Counted from the first letter of the stretch, positions 40,934 to 51,654 are shown. The stretch: 64,000 bases of DNA from an uncultured Verrucomicrobiae bacterium (GCA_963782115.1 CAWAIK010000003.1:503630-567629); one strand, 5' to 3'. The notes: generated from the letters alone by a model not told the origin. Numbers and translations are program-made.

Positions 40934-41335
40934 ATGAACTATCTCGGAGCTATCAATAAACAAGCTCGTCAAAAGGGTTCTACGCTTATCGAGTTATCAG
41001 TCGTTATCGCAGTTCTCCTGCTCCTCGTGGGAGTACTGTTCATCGGCATCACTGCTTGGAAAAGCGGCGCCAACAAAGCAGCCTGCGTGGTGAATCTCTC
41101 GAGTATTCAGAAGGTGGCCCGGGGATACGCAAACATGAACGGACTATCTACAGGCGGCGCCGAAACGTCAGCTAAGTTGACGACTGCCGGCTTCTGGGCA
41201 ACGGCGCCAGCGTGCCCAGGGGGAGGCACCTACACATATGGTAGTACGACCCCAGCTCAAGGAACCGCTTACACAACCTGCAGCCTTTCCGCTAGCGGCC
41301 ACGCCCCGTCGGCGGCAAACTTAGCCAATTGGTAA
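40934..41335 (+). CDS. type IV major pilin-like protein, copy 2
   Basis: RQKG|STLIEL; 110/118 mature residues identical to copy 1. Confidence 0.9.
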   Translation: MNYLGAINKQARQKGSTLIELSVVIAVLLLLVGVLFIGITAWKSGANKAACVVNLSSIQKVARGYANMNGLSTGGAETSAKLTTAGFWATAPACPGGGTYTYGSTTPAQGTAYTTCSLSASGHAPSAANLANW

Positions 41336-41357
41336 TCTTGGAAGCGCCCGTGGACGC

Positions 41358-43073
41358 ATGTGCATTTGGAGAAAATCGTCAAAGACTTCCTCCCGCGCTA
41401 GCGATGGCATGATTCAAGCCGGCGCGACAGATATTCGCGGGAATTTCCTCCGGCAGGGTGTCCTGCTCCTGATATTATCGATTCCGTCGCTGTATATCTT
41501 TCTGACTATACCGCCACTTTGGCGGGATGAGGACGCTTTCAATGAAATCGTTTCAACCTTTGCTCCCAAAGGCATCATCCATTATTTGCCGGGGTATTGT
41601 TTAGGTGGTCGGTTGATTGTTTCCGCCGGCAGTATCGTCGCCAGCTTGCTGGGTGGTCATGGCATGCCGCATCTTTCAATCAGCGCCCCGCCGCTTACAG
41701 ACGCAGGAATTTGTACCTTGATCGTGGTACAGCATCTTTCCCTGGTTCTTTCGCTCTTCTATGCGGTCAGTAAGCTCAGCGATCATTTTCCCATCAGAAT
41801 TTTGATTGCCCTGGTCTTCGCGCTCACTCCATGGGTCTACATTTACGCCAATTGCGTTGGGAGCGAGGGATTCAGTAACCCGCTGGTCTACCTGATAGCA
41901 GCCTGCGGCTGGAATTGCCTTCGGACGGCGGAACTGAATCGAGCAAAAGTATTTTTCTACTTTGGGCTGCTGCTCGCCGCGGCGTTGACGCGGCAGATCA
42001 ACGTACTGCTGGCGACCTGTCTGCCGATCGCCTTGCTGCCGCTGGCCGGAAAGGAACTGATCTCTCGTGGGGCCACCGCAAAATTGGCCATTGGTCAATT
42101 CCGTTTTCGTTACACTCGAAGACTTCTACTCTTTGTGGTGCTCGGCTTGTCTGCGATTGGCACCTCGTTGCTCGTGCAGCGGACGATGTGCTGGATGTTC
42201 CGCGTGCCGTTTCGTTCCACTTATGGCGAAACCTTTGAGTACCGTCTAAGCTACCTGGAAGGATTGCCGGAGCAGGAAAGATCCGTGATCCTGGCCCGGA
42301 TCAGTACTAAGCTGGCGGATCCAATAGCGACAGAAGCGCTTGACGCGCTAAATCGATCTCTCAACCAGGGGGAGGATTGGGCCAACATGTTTCTTTATTA
42401 CAAGATCGATGAAATCCTCGCTCAATCCGGTTTCGACGAAGCGCAGAATCGGACCTGGCAGGTAGATCTGAAATTGAACCGGATCGCCGCTTGCGTCCTG
42501 CTCTCGGGCGACCCAAAGTTCCTGGAGGTTGTTTGGGCCAGTTTTATGGTTTCGCCGTTCTTCGCGCAAACGGATCTCGCGTCTGCGCCGTTTGAACTGA
42601 CCGATTGGCTGCAAAAACGACTAGCTAACCCGAGATACGAACGACTAAGGGGTCTCGCCTCGTTTCAACACGAAGCAGACTATTACGATACGGCCTGGCA
42701 GCGGATTCCATACCTCCATCTTTTCGAACGGATTCCGATGCTGGAGATGGCATGTGTCACCATTGCGTTCGCCATTGCTTTCGCCGGATTGGCTATCATT
42801 GGGGTTTTCCGGGATCCAGACACTGAAGCGGGCATCTCGTACGCCTCAGGCATGATCGTCGCCGGGCTCCTGGTCTCTTTTGCAACTTGCTTAAGCACCT
42901 ACTTTCAGGCGCGGCTTTACCTGCCACTCTATTCGCTGTTTCAAATGAGCATGCTGCTTGTGATCTCATTGGCGGGGAGAATCGTTCTGGACAAAGTGGC
43001 CAGTTTGAAAAAAATCGCGCAAGAGACAGGGTTTCTAAAGACTGCGGCTAACCTTGCGGTAAGAAGCATTTAA
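41358..43073 (+). CDS. polytopic membrane protein, possible GT-C pilin glycosyltransferase
   Basis: About 10-11 TM segments, acidic WRDED loop after TM1, large soluble loop; directly downstream of the pilins; function inferred. Confidence 0.6.
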   Translation: MCIWRKSSKTSSRASDGMIQAGATDIRGNFLRQGVLLLILSIPSLYIFLTIPPLWRDEDAFNEIVSTFAPKGIIHYLPGYCLGGRLIVSAGSIVASLLGGHGMPHLSISAPPLTDAGICTLIVVQHLSLVLSLFYAVSKLSDHFPIRILIALVFALTPWVYIYANCVGSEGFSNPLVYLIAACGWNCLRTAELNRAKVFFYFGLLLAAALTRQINVLLATCLPIALLPLAGKELISRGATAKLAIGQFRFRYTRRLLLFVVLGLSAIGTSLLVQRTMCWMFRVPFRSTYGETFEYRLSYLEGLPEQERSVILARISTKLADPIATEALDALNRSLNQGEDWANMFLYYKIDEILAQSGFDEAQNRTWQVDLKLNRIAACVLLSGDPKFLEVVWASFMVSPFFAQTDLASAPFELTDWLQKRLANPRYERLRGLASFQHEADYYDTAWQRIPYLHLFERIPMLEMACVTIAFAIAFAGLAIIGVFRDPDTEAGISYASGMIVAGLLVSFATCLSTYFQARLYLPLYSLFQMSMLLVISLAGRIVLDKVASLKKIAQETGFLKTAANLAVRSI

Positions 43074-43630
43074 TCTTCACCGTTTTTGAATTTTCGCCAC
43101 TTTCCCGATTTAACATTCTCATGATATTTGATGCGCTCTGCACGTCCCTCGGAGGACGCCGTGTAATCATACAAGACGGCTGGTTTTTGATAGCCATTGG
43201 TCCTTTCGGCATCGTGAGCCAAAGCAACTGCGTTGAGCTTTCCATTTATATTTTCGAAGGCTAAACCGTCGTGATTGTAACTTTTCACAGCACTTGGAGT
43301 GTATGATTGTTGATAGGCACCGCCTCGTGTGGCAGTGGCATCGGGACCCAACTGCGCGGGAAGTGGCCTGGTCGGAACAGCCTCGAAATGTTGGGTCATT
43401 TTTGTACCTACACCAGTATCTGTCGTGATGTCGGCTGCCGGAGCTCCTGCGTTGGCGACGGTCGCCGGATTAGTTGCCAGGAAATTAGGCGTAGTTTTCT
43501 CCCAACTATATTCTAACGTGTAAGCCGAAGAAGATGGCATGCCCGAAGGTCCAGCTTTGATTTGGGCTTGCAAATTTAGGGCACTCATTGTCAGGCCGAC
43601 AAATGCCGCTTGGGTCAATAGACGCTGCAT
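43070..43630 (-). CDS. secreted hypothetical protein (paralogue of 60706-61164)
   Basis: Signal peptide ..LQA|Q; SYNHDG.AF...NV.SGKW..F.NGE. Confidence 0.65.
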   Translation of the reverse strand: MQRLLTQAAFVGLTMSALNLQAQIKAGPSGMPSSSAYTLEYSWEKTTPNFLATNPATVANAGAPAADITTDTGVGTKMTQHFEAVPTRPLPAQLGPDATATRGGAYQQSYTPSAVKSYNHDGLAFENINGKLNAVALAHDAERTNGYQKPAVLYDYTASSEGRAERIKYHENVKSGKWRKFKNGED

Positions 43631-43866
43631 AGCCGGATTTATGAGCGGGTTTTGCCTGGATCCCAAATTTTTCTCGTGGGACTGTCAGGTGTCGGCTCAT
43701 TCTACCTTGAATGTAAGGCTAAATGTGGCGACTTCATTCTTTCGCTCGCCATTCTCTGCCGGGCCGCACGGTAGAAATAACAGAGAATTATTTGGATTTG
43801 AGTCATTAACCACACATTCACTCCTAAGCAGCTAAATTATGTCCGACGATTCTCATTCCCCAACCC

Positions 43867-45711
43867 TTGAAATCCGTTCCCCTGGTCGATGAACAACTCA
43901 GGAGTAATCAGGTGGCCATAAACCTTTCCGATCTTCGCGTGGCGCATCGTTCGGCGCGCGGGCAATCGGCCTTCAGAAGAGTTCTTTCCAAATACGCCTT
44001 TGGCAGCCCGTTGGAACAGGCGGTGCGCTGGCATCTCTTTTACGACGGGGTACGGGTGGTCTCAGTGGTGGCTCAGGGGAAAGGGGCGGCGCACTCCTGG
44101 TCGCAGGGACCGGCAATCGAGGCTGCCGATCTCGGTAAAGCAGATCGTTTGCAGGCTCTGACCAAGGAGTTATCGCTCGGCTTGAAACTTTCGATGAGTG
44201 ATCGGACCAGCATCGGCGCGATCCTTCACCTCGCCGACGAGATTGATGTCGGGATTGTGCAGGAAACATTCGCGAATCCCGAATTGTTCGAACAGGCCCG
44301 CGCCTTGGTGCGGGAGACCCCGTCCGAAGTGGTGACCGATGTTTCAACGGATCAGGACCCGGCCATTCAGTGGCGATATTATCCACTCCTCAGCGGCCAG
44401 CGCGCGGTAGTGCTTCGGCACCATATTGAATTTTTAAGTGCGCTGCAAACATTGACAGATCTCGATTTGAAAGTTGCCGTCCATTCCGCCCCGATCGAAA
44501 TGCTCGCTCTTTACCTGAATCTGTACGCGGGGCCAATCGAGGAAAAACCACACTGTTTTGTTTTTTTCTATGACCGGTTCACCGTAGTGGTACCGGCGAA
44601 TCAAGGGGTTCTTGATATTAAGGTGCTGCCCCATCGCCAGCAAGATGTTCCTCCGGCCTTCGGCGATGACGTGTTCTCTCTGCTTGAAAGGTTCGGTCTC
44701 GTCGATGCCTGTGTGTTGCTGCTTGTTCAGTGCGGCTCCCAGGATCCGACACGCCTATTCAGCGAACTCGACACCTACGCCAAAAGAAACCAGAAAAACT
44801 GCGATGGAATCGAAATTCAGATTCCCGACAAAGAGGCCATTTGGGGTGTCTTCGACGAGTCCGCGGCCGGCAAGGTCAATTCAGAGGTGATTCATCGTCC
44901 GGAGCTTCTGACGGAATACTACGACCATTCCGGGAAAGAATTTCCGCTTTCGCTCGGGATTAAGAGTGACGCGCAACGCTTTAGGATCTTGAGCCGGGAA
45001 ACGTTTTGGCTGGATGATCAGAAATCGCGCGATCAGCGATTGCCGAAGAGCCTCGCGATAGCCATCACGGCGCTCCGGGCTTCGCGAATTTTCGGCATTT
45101 TACTTCTTCTCGGTCTGGGAGGATGGCTGGTCATCTCCGTGGTCGGTGAATCCCACGGAGATCCGCTTCGTCTCTTGCCGGAGATGGTCAAGAGCAAGCA
45201 GACCGACCTCGAGCGACTTCGGGAGACACGGCAATATCTTTCTTTGTGGGACAAAATTTTGACTCCCCGCAGTCAGGCGTCGTCTGTCATGGATTTCTTT
45301 CTGGCCTTGGTCCCGGAGGGTCATGACGTGGTATGCGACCGGTTAAAGTACGCGATCAAACAGACCGAGGCAAAACCTGCGGCCACCGCGACCGGAGGAT
45401 TTTTGCGCGAATGGAGTATCGAGGGATCCTGCACCGATCACGGCCGCAGCCATCTGGAGCGACTGCGAGAGGGTTCGACAATCTCAAGTATGTTCGCGTC
45501 GACCGCGGTCCGATTGACCGACCCGACTTTCGGAATAGCCGATACTCGGAGCGTTAAAATCGTCCTGCGGGAGGAGGCAAACCCGCAATTCGCCTCCGAT
45601 ACCAAGACTGGCGCGCTGCCCTACCAATTTCGCCTGGTTGTTACCCAAACCTTCGCGGGCAACGATCCGTTGACCATCCCTGTAATGCCGAAGCATAAGA
45701 TTGGCTCGTAA
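43867..45711 (+). CDS. putative PilM/PilN (GspL)-like alignment protein
   Basis: Large cytoplasmic domain, single TM at ~aa 410, coiled coil, periplasmic domain; assignment from topology and position; start uncertain. Confidence 0.5.
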   Translation: MKSVPLVDEQLRSNQVAINLSDLRVAHRSARGQSAFRRVLSKYAFGSPLEQAVRWHLFYDGVRVVSVVAQGKGAAHSWSQGPAIEAADLGKADRLQALTKELSLGLKLSMSDRTSIGAILHLADEIDVGIVQETFANPELFEQARALVRETPSEVVTDVSTDQDPAIQWRYYPLLSGQRAVVLRHHIEFLSALQTLTDLDLKVAVHSAPIEMLALYLNLYAGPIEEKPHCFVFFYDRFTVVVPANQGVLDIKVLPHRQQDVPPAFGDDVFSLLERFGLVDACVLLLVQCGSQDPTRLFSELDTYAKRNQKNCDGIEIQIPDKEAIWGVFDESAAGKVNSEVIHRPELLTEYYDHSGKEFPLSLGIKSDAQRFRILSRETFWLDDQKSRDQRLPKSLAIAITALRASRIFGILLLLGLGGWLVISVVGESHGDPLRLLPEMVKSKQTDLERLRETRQYLSLWDKILTPRSQASSVMDFFLALVPEGHDVVCDRLKYAIKQTEAKPAATATGGFLREWSIEGSCTDHGRSHLERLREGSTISSMFASTAVRLTDPTFGIADTRSVKIVLREEANPQFASDTKTGALPYQFRLVVTQTFAGNDPLTIPVMPKHKIGS

Positions 45712-45715
45712 AACA

Positions 45716-46264
45716 ATGAAAAAATATCTTCAGGCCATTTTGCTCTTTGACGTGGCCCTGCCGGCATTGTGGCTTGGACTACCCTGTTGCGCTCTACTCT
45801 GGGCATTGTTGAGGTTCCAGAGCTTTGTCGTTGAAAAAGGGGTGGCACATGCCGCCTATGAAACTCAGAGTCGGCAGGTGGCGACCCTCAATGCGGAACT
45901 CGAACCGATGCGGGCGAAGACGGTGCTGCTGAAGGCGTTACTCTCGAGTACGGATATCGAGGCTAAGCTGGTGAGCGGCATTGGAGCCGGCCTGGAAAAC
46001 TTCTCTTCGGACGAAGTTGAACAAACGTTGCACGACTTCCAATACGGACCTTCGACCATTGGACCGAACTACGGCGAGGGCCGGACCATGACGCTCAAGC
46101 TGTTTTCACGGTGGGAAGCGCTGAACAGCGCGACAGCGGACTGGGAAACGCGTTTTCCCAACCTGGTTTTGGAGTCCCTTTCGATTGACCTGGTGCCCGG
46201 ATCAGCAGTCTCCGCCCCTTATCTGCAGTCCGCGCTCACGTATTTCGTGTTGAGCGACAACTAA
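45716..46264 (+). CDS. putative PilO (GspM)-like protein
   Basis: N-terminal TM then coiled coil; position in operon. Confidence 0.5.
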   Translation: MKKYLQAILLFDVALPALWLGLPCCALLWALLRFQSFVVEKGVAHAAYETQSRQVATLNAELEPMRAKTVLLKALLSSTDIEAKLVSGIGAGLENFSSDEVEQTLHDFQYGPSTIGPNYGEGRTMTLKLFSRWEALNSATADWETRFPNLVLESLSIDLVPGSAVSAPYLQSALTYFVLSDN

Positions 46265-46277
46265 ACAAATTCCAGAT

Positions 46278-47048
46278 TTGAAACCACAGAATTTACAGAC
46301 TACACAGACTCGAGGAGCAAGGTACCGGCCTCGCGCCGCTTCCCAAGAGCCTCTACAGCCTGGAAATTTCGCGAGCGTTTTTGCGGTAAGCAAAGCGGGG
46401 ACGCTTTGCTTACGAAACTGGTTGAAGGCGCCAAGGCTAGCGTGCGTCTTTGCTATTTTGACGTCATTACTCCCGGCGCTTGCCGACCCCGCGCCTGGAG
46501 TCTCCAACGGACAGGTTATCCGTGCTACTGCACCCGGCGGTTTTGTGACGATCAATCACCTTGGTGAACCGGAGCAGTCGACAGCTACGCGGGAGGGACA
46601 ATTGCTGTCGCGCCGCCGTGCGACCGATCCTTTCGGAAATACTATCCGGGGCCCCTACAAAGCTCTTCCCCCGGTTCTCGAACATCCCACCGCGACACCG
46701 GGAGCAGCGGCTGCGGCAAGCCCGCTAGCAAGCCCGGCAGTTAATGAGCCCACCATCGAAAAAGCGGTACAAGAGCTGACGATTGGTGCGGTGAATGTGG
46801 GCGCTCACGAAATCCTGATCGGATCACGGTCCGTTCGTGAAGGAGACCTGCTGGTGTTGGAATCCGGCAGCCGCCAATTCGTTGTTTGGCTGCAAAAGGT
46901 CGGCGTGCACGGAGTTTTGTTCTGCGACATCGATGCGAACAAGCCCCTTGTGAAATCATTTGGATCCGGACCAAAAGTATTACCAGAGGATTCCTTCTGG
47001 GAAATGTCGGATATCAGCAACTTTTTGAACAAGAATGCACCACCATAG
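46278..47048 (+). CDS. putative PilP/GspC-like exported protein
   Basis: Signal-like segment, RRATDPF motif, Pro/Ala linker, beta-rich C-terminus; start uncertain. Confidence 0.45.
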   Translation: MKPQNLQTTQTRGARYRPRAASQEPLQPGNFASVFAVSKAGTLCLRNWLKAPRLACVFAILTSLLPALADPAPGVSNGQVIRATAPGGFVTINHLGEPEQSTATREGQLLSRRRATDPFGNTIRGPYKALPPVLEHPTATPGAAAAASPLASPAVNEPTIEKAVQELTIGAVNVGAHEILIGSRSVREGDLLVLESGSRQFVVWLQKVGVHGVLFCDIDANKPLVKSFGSGPKVLPEDSFWEMSDISNFLNKNAPP

Positions 47049-47084
47049 TTTGGCGCGGGACTCGCGTCGACCGGACCGACAATT

Positions 47085-47711
47085 ATGACTATTAAACTAA
47101 ACGCCGGAGGGATTCGCCTGAGGCTAGGTACAGCCGCGGACTCGCGGTTAACGACCTCGACCTCTCTGGCCGCGCAAGAATCCGGGCACGTGGGAGCTTG
47201 CATTTTGGCGAAAACGATTGCCGCGCACACGGTCAAAATATTGCTGGAGGGTGAAATGCTGGACCCGACAACCGCCACAGACGAGTTGCTTAAATACGGA
47301 ATCAGCCTGGAGCAGGGGCTTAACATGGGGCAAGGCATCATGCATTTTCTTTTTCCCGATGAAGGCCGCCTGGCAATGGTTCTAAACTGGCTGAACAGCC
47401 GCACCAATCTCCACGTCTGGGAGATTGCTCATCGAATCCCCCCGCCGGAAGCCTTTTACAAAACCCATCCGGAGGTTTTTGAAGCCTGCAAGGTTTGTGG
47501 AGCGGTGATCCTCGACGTGTCCACTCCGTCCACTATGACCACCGGAAGCGTCAACCCGCTCACGGGAGATTTCCTGGCCAGCTGGATTCAAACACAGCTC
47601 GAGTACGATTCGTCAGAGACGCGTCCTCGCTTTTTCTTCCACGTGGCTGTTCCGCCGAGGCTTTGGCCCGGCATCATGCGTTCTCACTTTCGACTCGACC
47701 ATGTCATTTGA
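47085..47711 (+). CDS. hypothetical protein coupled to pilB
   Basis: Overlaps the pilB start; no motif. Confidence 0.55.
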   Translation: MTIKLNAGGIRLRLGTAADSRLTTSTSLAAQESGHVGACILAKTIAAHTVKILLEGEMLDPTTATDELLKYGISLEQGLNMGQGIMHFLFPDEGRLAMVLNWLNSRTNLHVWEIAHRIPPPEAFYKTHPEVFEACKVCGAVILDVSTPSTMTTGSVNPLTGDFLASWIQTQLEYDSSETRPRFFFHVAVPPRLWPGIMRSHFRLDHVI

Positions 47712-49413
47712 AATTGGCATACCGCTCTCGAAGCCGACCGAAGATCAGATCATCGCGACCTTGCGAGAGAAATTGCCGGCCTTGAAGGAATACTCGAACG
47801 AAGAGATCCCTCGGCGAGTCGAAGTCGCCGATGTCCTCGGTGCGCTCGGAACCCTCCGGCGCATCCCGGTCCTGCACAACCTGACCGGCCTGGTCGATCC
47901 CGATCTCCTCAACTCCTTCGACATTGAAGCCCTAAGGCAAGAAAAAACCATTCCGTTGCAATATGGCGCCGAAGGTCTCACGGTCGCGGTGGCGAATCCG
48001 TACGGCAACTTCAAGGTCCTGTACGAAAAGCGGTTTCCGGGGGTCGAACTGGCGCTCGTTCTGACCTACCCAGCGCAGATCAGCGCCCTTCTGAGTCAAA
48101 ACCAGAGGATTCAACAAATTACCCAGGATGAGATTCGTCAGCTCGATGCCGACGACGGCCGCGTGGAGGTCAAAGATTTCGATCTCAACGCTGCTTCGGT
48201 CGACAGCGTCGTGAGAAACCTGCAGGCCATCGTCCAGGAAGGAATCAGCCGGCAAGCCTCGGACATCCACATGTTAACGGAAAAGGACCGATTCCACTAC
48301 ACCTACCGGATCGAAGGAGACCTCGTCGAGCGTCGGGATCTGGATCTGAAGCTGGTCGGACGGACCGACAATTTGCTCACCCAGCTGATGGGATTTGAGG
48401 CCATGGACAAAAACAAGGGGCTGCCGCTGAGCGGGCGGTTCACTGTTCGAATGGGCGACCGGCGGATTGCCATGCGAGCCGAACGTCTACCCTCCTATCG
48501 GGGATTCCACTATACCCTGCGGATCCTGGATAAATCGCATGTCAGCGCGAAGCTCGGACAGGGGTCACTGGCCCTGCATCCGACCACCATGAAATACATT
48601 AAGCAGGCGCTGAATCTTCCCGACGGCATGATTCTCATGAGCGGGCCCACCGGTTCCGGCAAGAGCACGACGCTCATCGCGACGATCAAGGAGTTATTTC
48701 GCACCCGGTACAACATCATTTCCTTTGAAAATCCGGTGGAGGAGGAGGTGCCGATGGTCACGCATGTCAACATGGAGGAGGTCAGCCACGGTCCGCTGTA
48801 TATCCGGTCCGGAATGCGCTCGGATCCTGATATTCTACTGGTTGGCGAAATCCGTGATAAGGAAACGGCTGAACTGGCCATCGAGGCGGCCTTGACCGGA
48901 CACCAGGTCCTCTCTACCATTCACACCACCTGGCCGGCACAGATCGTCGTTCGCCTGGTTCAGCTCGGGGTTCCCAAATTTTATGTCGCCGAAACCCTGA
49001 AAGCGGCTTGCGGGCAGCGCTTGGCAAAAAAGCTCTGTAAGCATTGCAAGCAGCCAATGGTTTTGACTGACGCGGTGGTGGACGAACTAGGATTACCTGA
49101 CGTCTTCTGCGGTCGCTCCATATTCCGTGCGGGACCGGGTTGCGTTTATTGCAACCAACTGGGGTATTCCGGACGCCAGGCCATCATCGAAGTATTGCCG
49201 ATCACCGACGAGGTAACCGAATTGATCATGCAACGGGACCTGACCTCGATCGAGATGGCAAATTTCGTCTACGATCGATACCAGGTTCCCTCCCTGCGCG
49301 ATCTCGCTTTTGACCTGCTCTACACTGGAGCCATCGATCTGCCGAGTGCCGCCGACTCGGTTCGGCTCGGCCTGATTTCCGAAAGAGACAAGAAATGGCA
49401 ACCTACGTCGTAA
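47701..49413 (+). CDS. pilB: PilB/GspE assembly ATPase
   Basis: ASDIH, GPTGSGKSTT, RSDPDILLVGEIRD, ALTGHQVLSTIHT, CKHC..CVYC. Confidence 0.93.
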   Translation: MSFEIGIPLSKPTEDQIIATLREKLPALKEYSNEEIPRRVEVADVLGALGTLRRIPVLHNLTGLVDPDLLNSFDIEALRQEKTIPLQYGAEGLTVAVANPYGNFKVLYEKRFPGVELALVLTYPAQISALLSQNQRIQQITQDEIRQLDADDGRVEVKDFDLNAASVDSVVRNLQAIVQEGISRQASDIHMLTEKDRFHYTYRIEGDLVERRDLDLKLVGRTDNLLTQLMGFEAMDKNKGLPLSGRFTVRMGDRRIAMRAERLPSYRGFHYTLRILDKSHVSAKLGQGSLALHPTTMKYIKQALNLPDGMILMSGPTGSGKSTTLIATIKELFRTRYNIISFENPVEEEVPMVTHVNMEEVSHGPLYIRSGMRSDPDILLVGEIRDKETAELAIEAALTGHQVLSTIHTTWPAQIVVRLVQLGVPKFYVAETLKAACGQRLAKKLCKHCKQPMVLTDAVVDELGLPDVFCGRSIFRAGPGCVYCNQLGYSGRQAIIEVLPITDEVTELIMQRDLTSIEMANFVYDRYQVPSLRDLAFDLLYTGAIDLPSAADSVRLGLISERDKKWQPTS

Positions 49414-50615
49414 CCCTCAAACAGGGATTCGGGAAAACCGGCAAAGCGAAGATCGAGAATCGGACCGTGAGGGTCGTTGCGCCGGACAGTAAATCGGCCC
49501 GGCGGATTGCCGAAACGGAAGGCTGGTCGGCGATTCAGGCAGTTCCGGCAGCGGATAGTCAAAAAAGACGTCTCAGTCCGTTTCCCCGGAAACCGCTGAT
49601 CGTGATGTGCAAAAGTCTGGCCGCCATGTTGGATGCCCAAATCCCCCTTCCGAAGGCACTGGATTTTTATAACGCCCATCTGACTAGAGAAGATCTCCGG
49701 CTGACGCTTAAATCCATTGCCGTCGCGGTGGAGCGAGGCGACGAAGTCCATAAGGCGTTTTCCGCAACCGGGCGATTTGACTCCACTTTTATCGGTCTCG
49801 TGAGGGCCGGAACGATGTCCAGCAATTTGTCAGGGGCGCTCAGAGCCTTGGCGCGCCGGATGAAGATCAATGCAGATTTTCAGGGCAAGATACGGAAGGC
49901 GATCCTCACACCGTTGTGCATCCTGGCGTTTCTCTGGCTCATCCTGATCTATTCCATGACCGGATTAGTGCCCGGCGTCGAAAAGATGCTGACTGATATG
50001 CACGTGGAGCCTGACCCTTTCAGCGGCTCAATCTTTGTCTTCAGCCATTTTTTTACGGCTGTATATGTGCCGACGACCATCGGCATCATTGTTTTTGCTC
50101 TCGTCCTTTGGCGCAGCCTCTCGTTCAGGACGACGATCTTCACCTTCCTGCTGAACCGTTGGAAATTGCTCCGGCAGATTATCCTGGGGTTTCGACAGCT
50201 CACCTTTGTCGGCACGTTCGAGATGTTGCTCAGCAATAACGTCCCGATCTCTGACGCCTTGGAAACTTGCGCGAACACCGTGAAAAATACTCCCTTGGAA
50301 AAGGAGCTTATGACCGTTAAGAAGCAAATGGCTCTTGGACTCAATCTCGGCGAAGCGATTCGCAAGTATACGACCGTTGATACGCAACTCTCCCATATGT
50401 TGGAGATTGGAGAAAAGGCCTCAAATCTGACTGAACAGCTTCGACTCCTGCGCGACCTGTACGAAGAAGAAACCGAACAGCGCATCGAGTTTTTTACCGG
50501 CTTCGTCGGCGTGGCCAGCAAAATATTGACGGTCTCGGTAATCGCGATGATTTACATCGGTACTTATATGCCGATCATCCTGGCCGGACCGAAGATGATG
50601 AATTCAGGGCATTAA
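49395..50615 (+). CDS. pilC: PilC/GspF platform protein
   Basis: Two T2SS-F repeats, three TMs, MLEIGEKASNL, YMPI. Confidence 0.9.
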   Translation: MATYVVTLKQGFGKTGKAKIENRTVRVVAPDSKSARRIAETEGWSAIQAVPAADSQKRRLSPFPRKPLIVMCKSLAAMLDAQIPLPKALDFYNAHLTREDLRLTLKSIAVAVERGDEVHKAFSATGRFDSTFIGLVRAGTMSSNLSGALRALARRMKINADFQGKIRKAILTPLCILAFLWLILIYSMTGLVPGVEKMLTDMHVEPDPFSGSIFVFSHFFTAVYVPTTIGIIVFALVLWRSLSFRTTIFTFLLNRWKLLRQIILGFRQLTFVGTFEMLLSNNVPISDALETCANTVKNTPLEKELMTVKKQMALGLNLGEAIRKYTTVDTQLSHMLEIGEKASNLTEQLRLLRDLYEEETEQRIEFFTGFVGVASKILTVSVIAMIYIGTYMPIILAGPKMMNSGH

Positions 50616-50776
50616 GGGAGATGCGTGTAACCGGAGCATCCCCGCTTTCTTCCGTTCATGACAAGCGGTCTCGCTCTGCTCTAGGACACGCGCATCGGCG
50701 GGCAAGCCGCAGATAGCTGATGAAAGAACTTTAGTTTCTTTGAATAAGAACGATAATACTAGTAATTATAATCATT

Positions 50777-51130
50777 TTGAACAAAACATTTTTTATTTTC
50801 ATTTTCTGCGTCGCCCTCAGCTCCGTGGGCCTGTCGCCGGCTACGGCTCAGGGTGCTCCAACAGCCTCCCGGTTTTTAGCGCCGCCCGCCCCGGGCCCCT
50901 TTAGCCAAGCCAATCTGGCACCCGAATCACCGGGCCAGACCAAAGTTGTCCGGATCTACGGCGGAGCGGGCTATTTTGATCGTGGGCTGGCCGCAAAACT
51001 CCGTCCGATCTTGGCGAAAGCTTTTGCTTCATCCAAAAACGACGCGCCGAAAGTGGTCCCCGGCGCGGCAGTCGCCGCCCCGGCAAAATCTGAAAGTCAA
51101 AGCAAGCTGGCGCTAGCCCCTCCCCTATGA
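50777..51130 (+). CDS. small secreted protein
   Basis: Signal peptide; ATGA overlap with the next gene. Confidence 0.55.
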   Translation: MNKTFFIFIFCVALSSVGLSPATAQGAPTASRFLAPPAPGPFSQANLAPESPGQTKVVRIYGGAGYFDRGLAAKLRPILAKAFASSKNDAPKVVPGAAVAAPAKSESQSKLALAPPL

Positions 51131-51654
51131 AGCTCGCTCTCGCTGGTCCGCATCAATCACTAATCGAGAGATTTTTCCTTCAGGCTATTTTACCGATTGT
51201 TAAATACGTTTTCACCCCGAACCGCTTCGTGAGCGGCTCTCCAGCCTGGAAATCTCCCGTGCGCTTCGGTTCGCGAGATTTCCACGTTTCAAAGAGCGGT
51301 TTTACGCTGCTGGAAATGACAGTGGTGATTGCGGTGATTCTCGTTCTGGTCGGAGCCGCGTCCTTGGGTGTTAAACCTTACTATGCTTTCCGGGATGGCC
51401 GGACCGCCGGTGAGATGCTCCGCTCGGTGAAAGCGGCACAGCTAATGTACCTGTCCGATTATCCGTCGACCCCGGTTGCGAATCTGACGCAGGCCGGTCT
51501 TTTGCCTTACATGCCGAATGGCACCTGGCCCACCTTACCCTCGTACAATGGAGTAGTGCCGACGATTAATTGCACCGTGTTTCCGCCAGTGGTGTCGATC
51601 GCGGACCCGTCAGGATCAACAACCGATGGCCTATGGGACGTGGGGCAATATTGA
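51127..51654 (+). CDS. minor pilin / pseudopilin (GspG/H-like)
   Basis: KSG|FTLLEMTVVIAVIL after an unusually long leader. Confidence 0.85.
   Translation: MKLALAGPHQSLIERFFLQAILPIVKYVFTPNRFVSGSPAWKSPVRFGSRDFHVSKSGFTLLEMTVVIAVILVLVGAASLGVKPYYAFRDGRTAGEMLRSVKAAQLMYLSDYPSTPVANLTQAGLLPYMPNGTWPTLPSYNGVVPTINCTVFPPVVSIADPSGSTTDGLWDVGQY

Noticed and set aside
40283..41335. Diversity-generating retroelement or shufflon acting on the pilins
   Set aside because: No reverse transcriptase or adjacent invertase; the differences include many non-adenine and synonymous changes.
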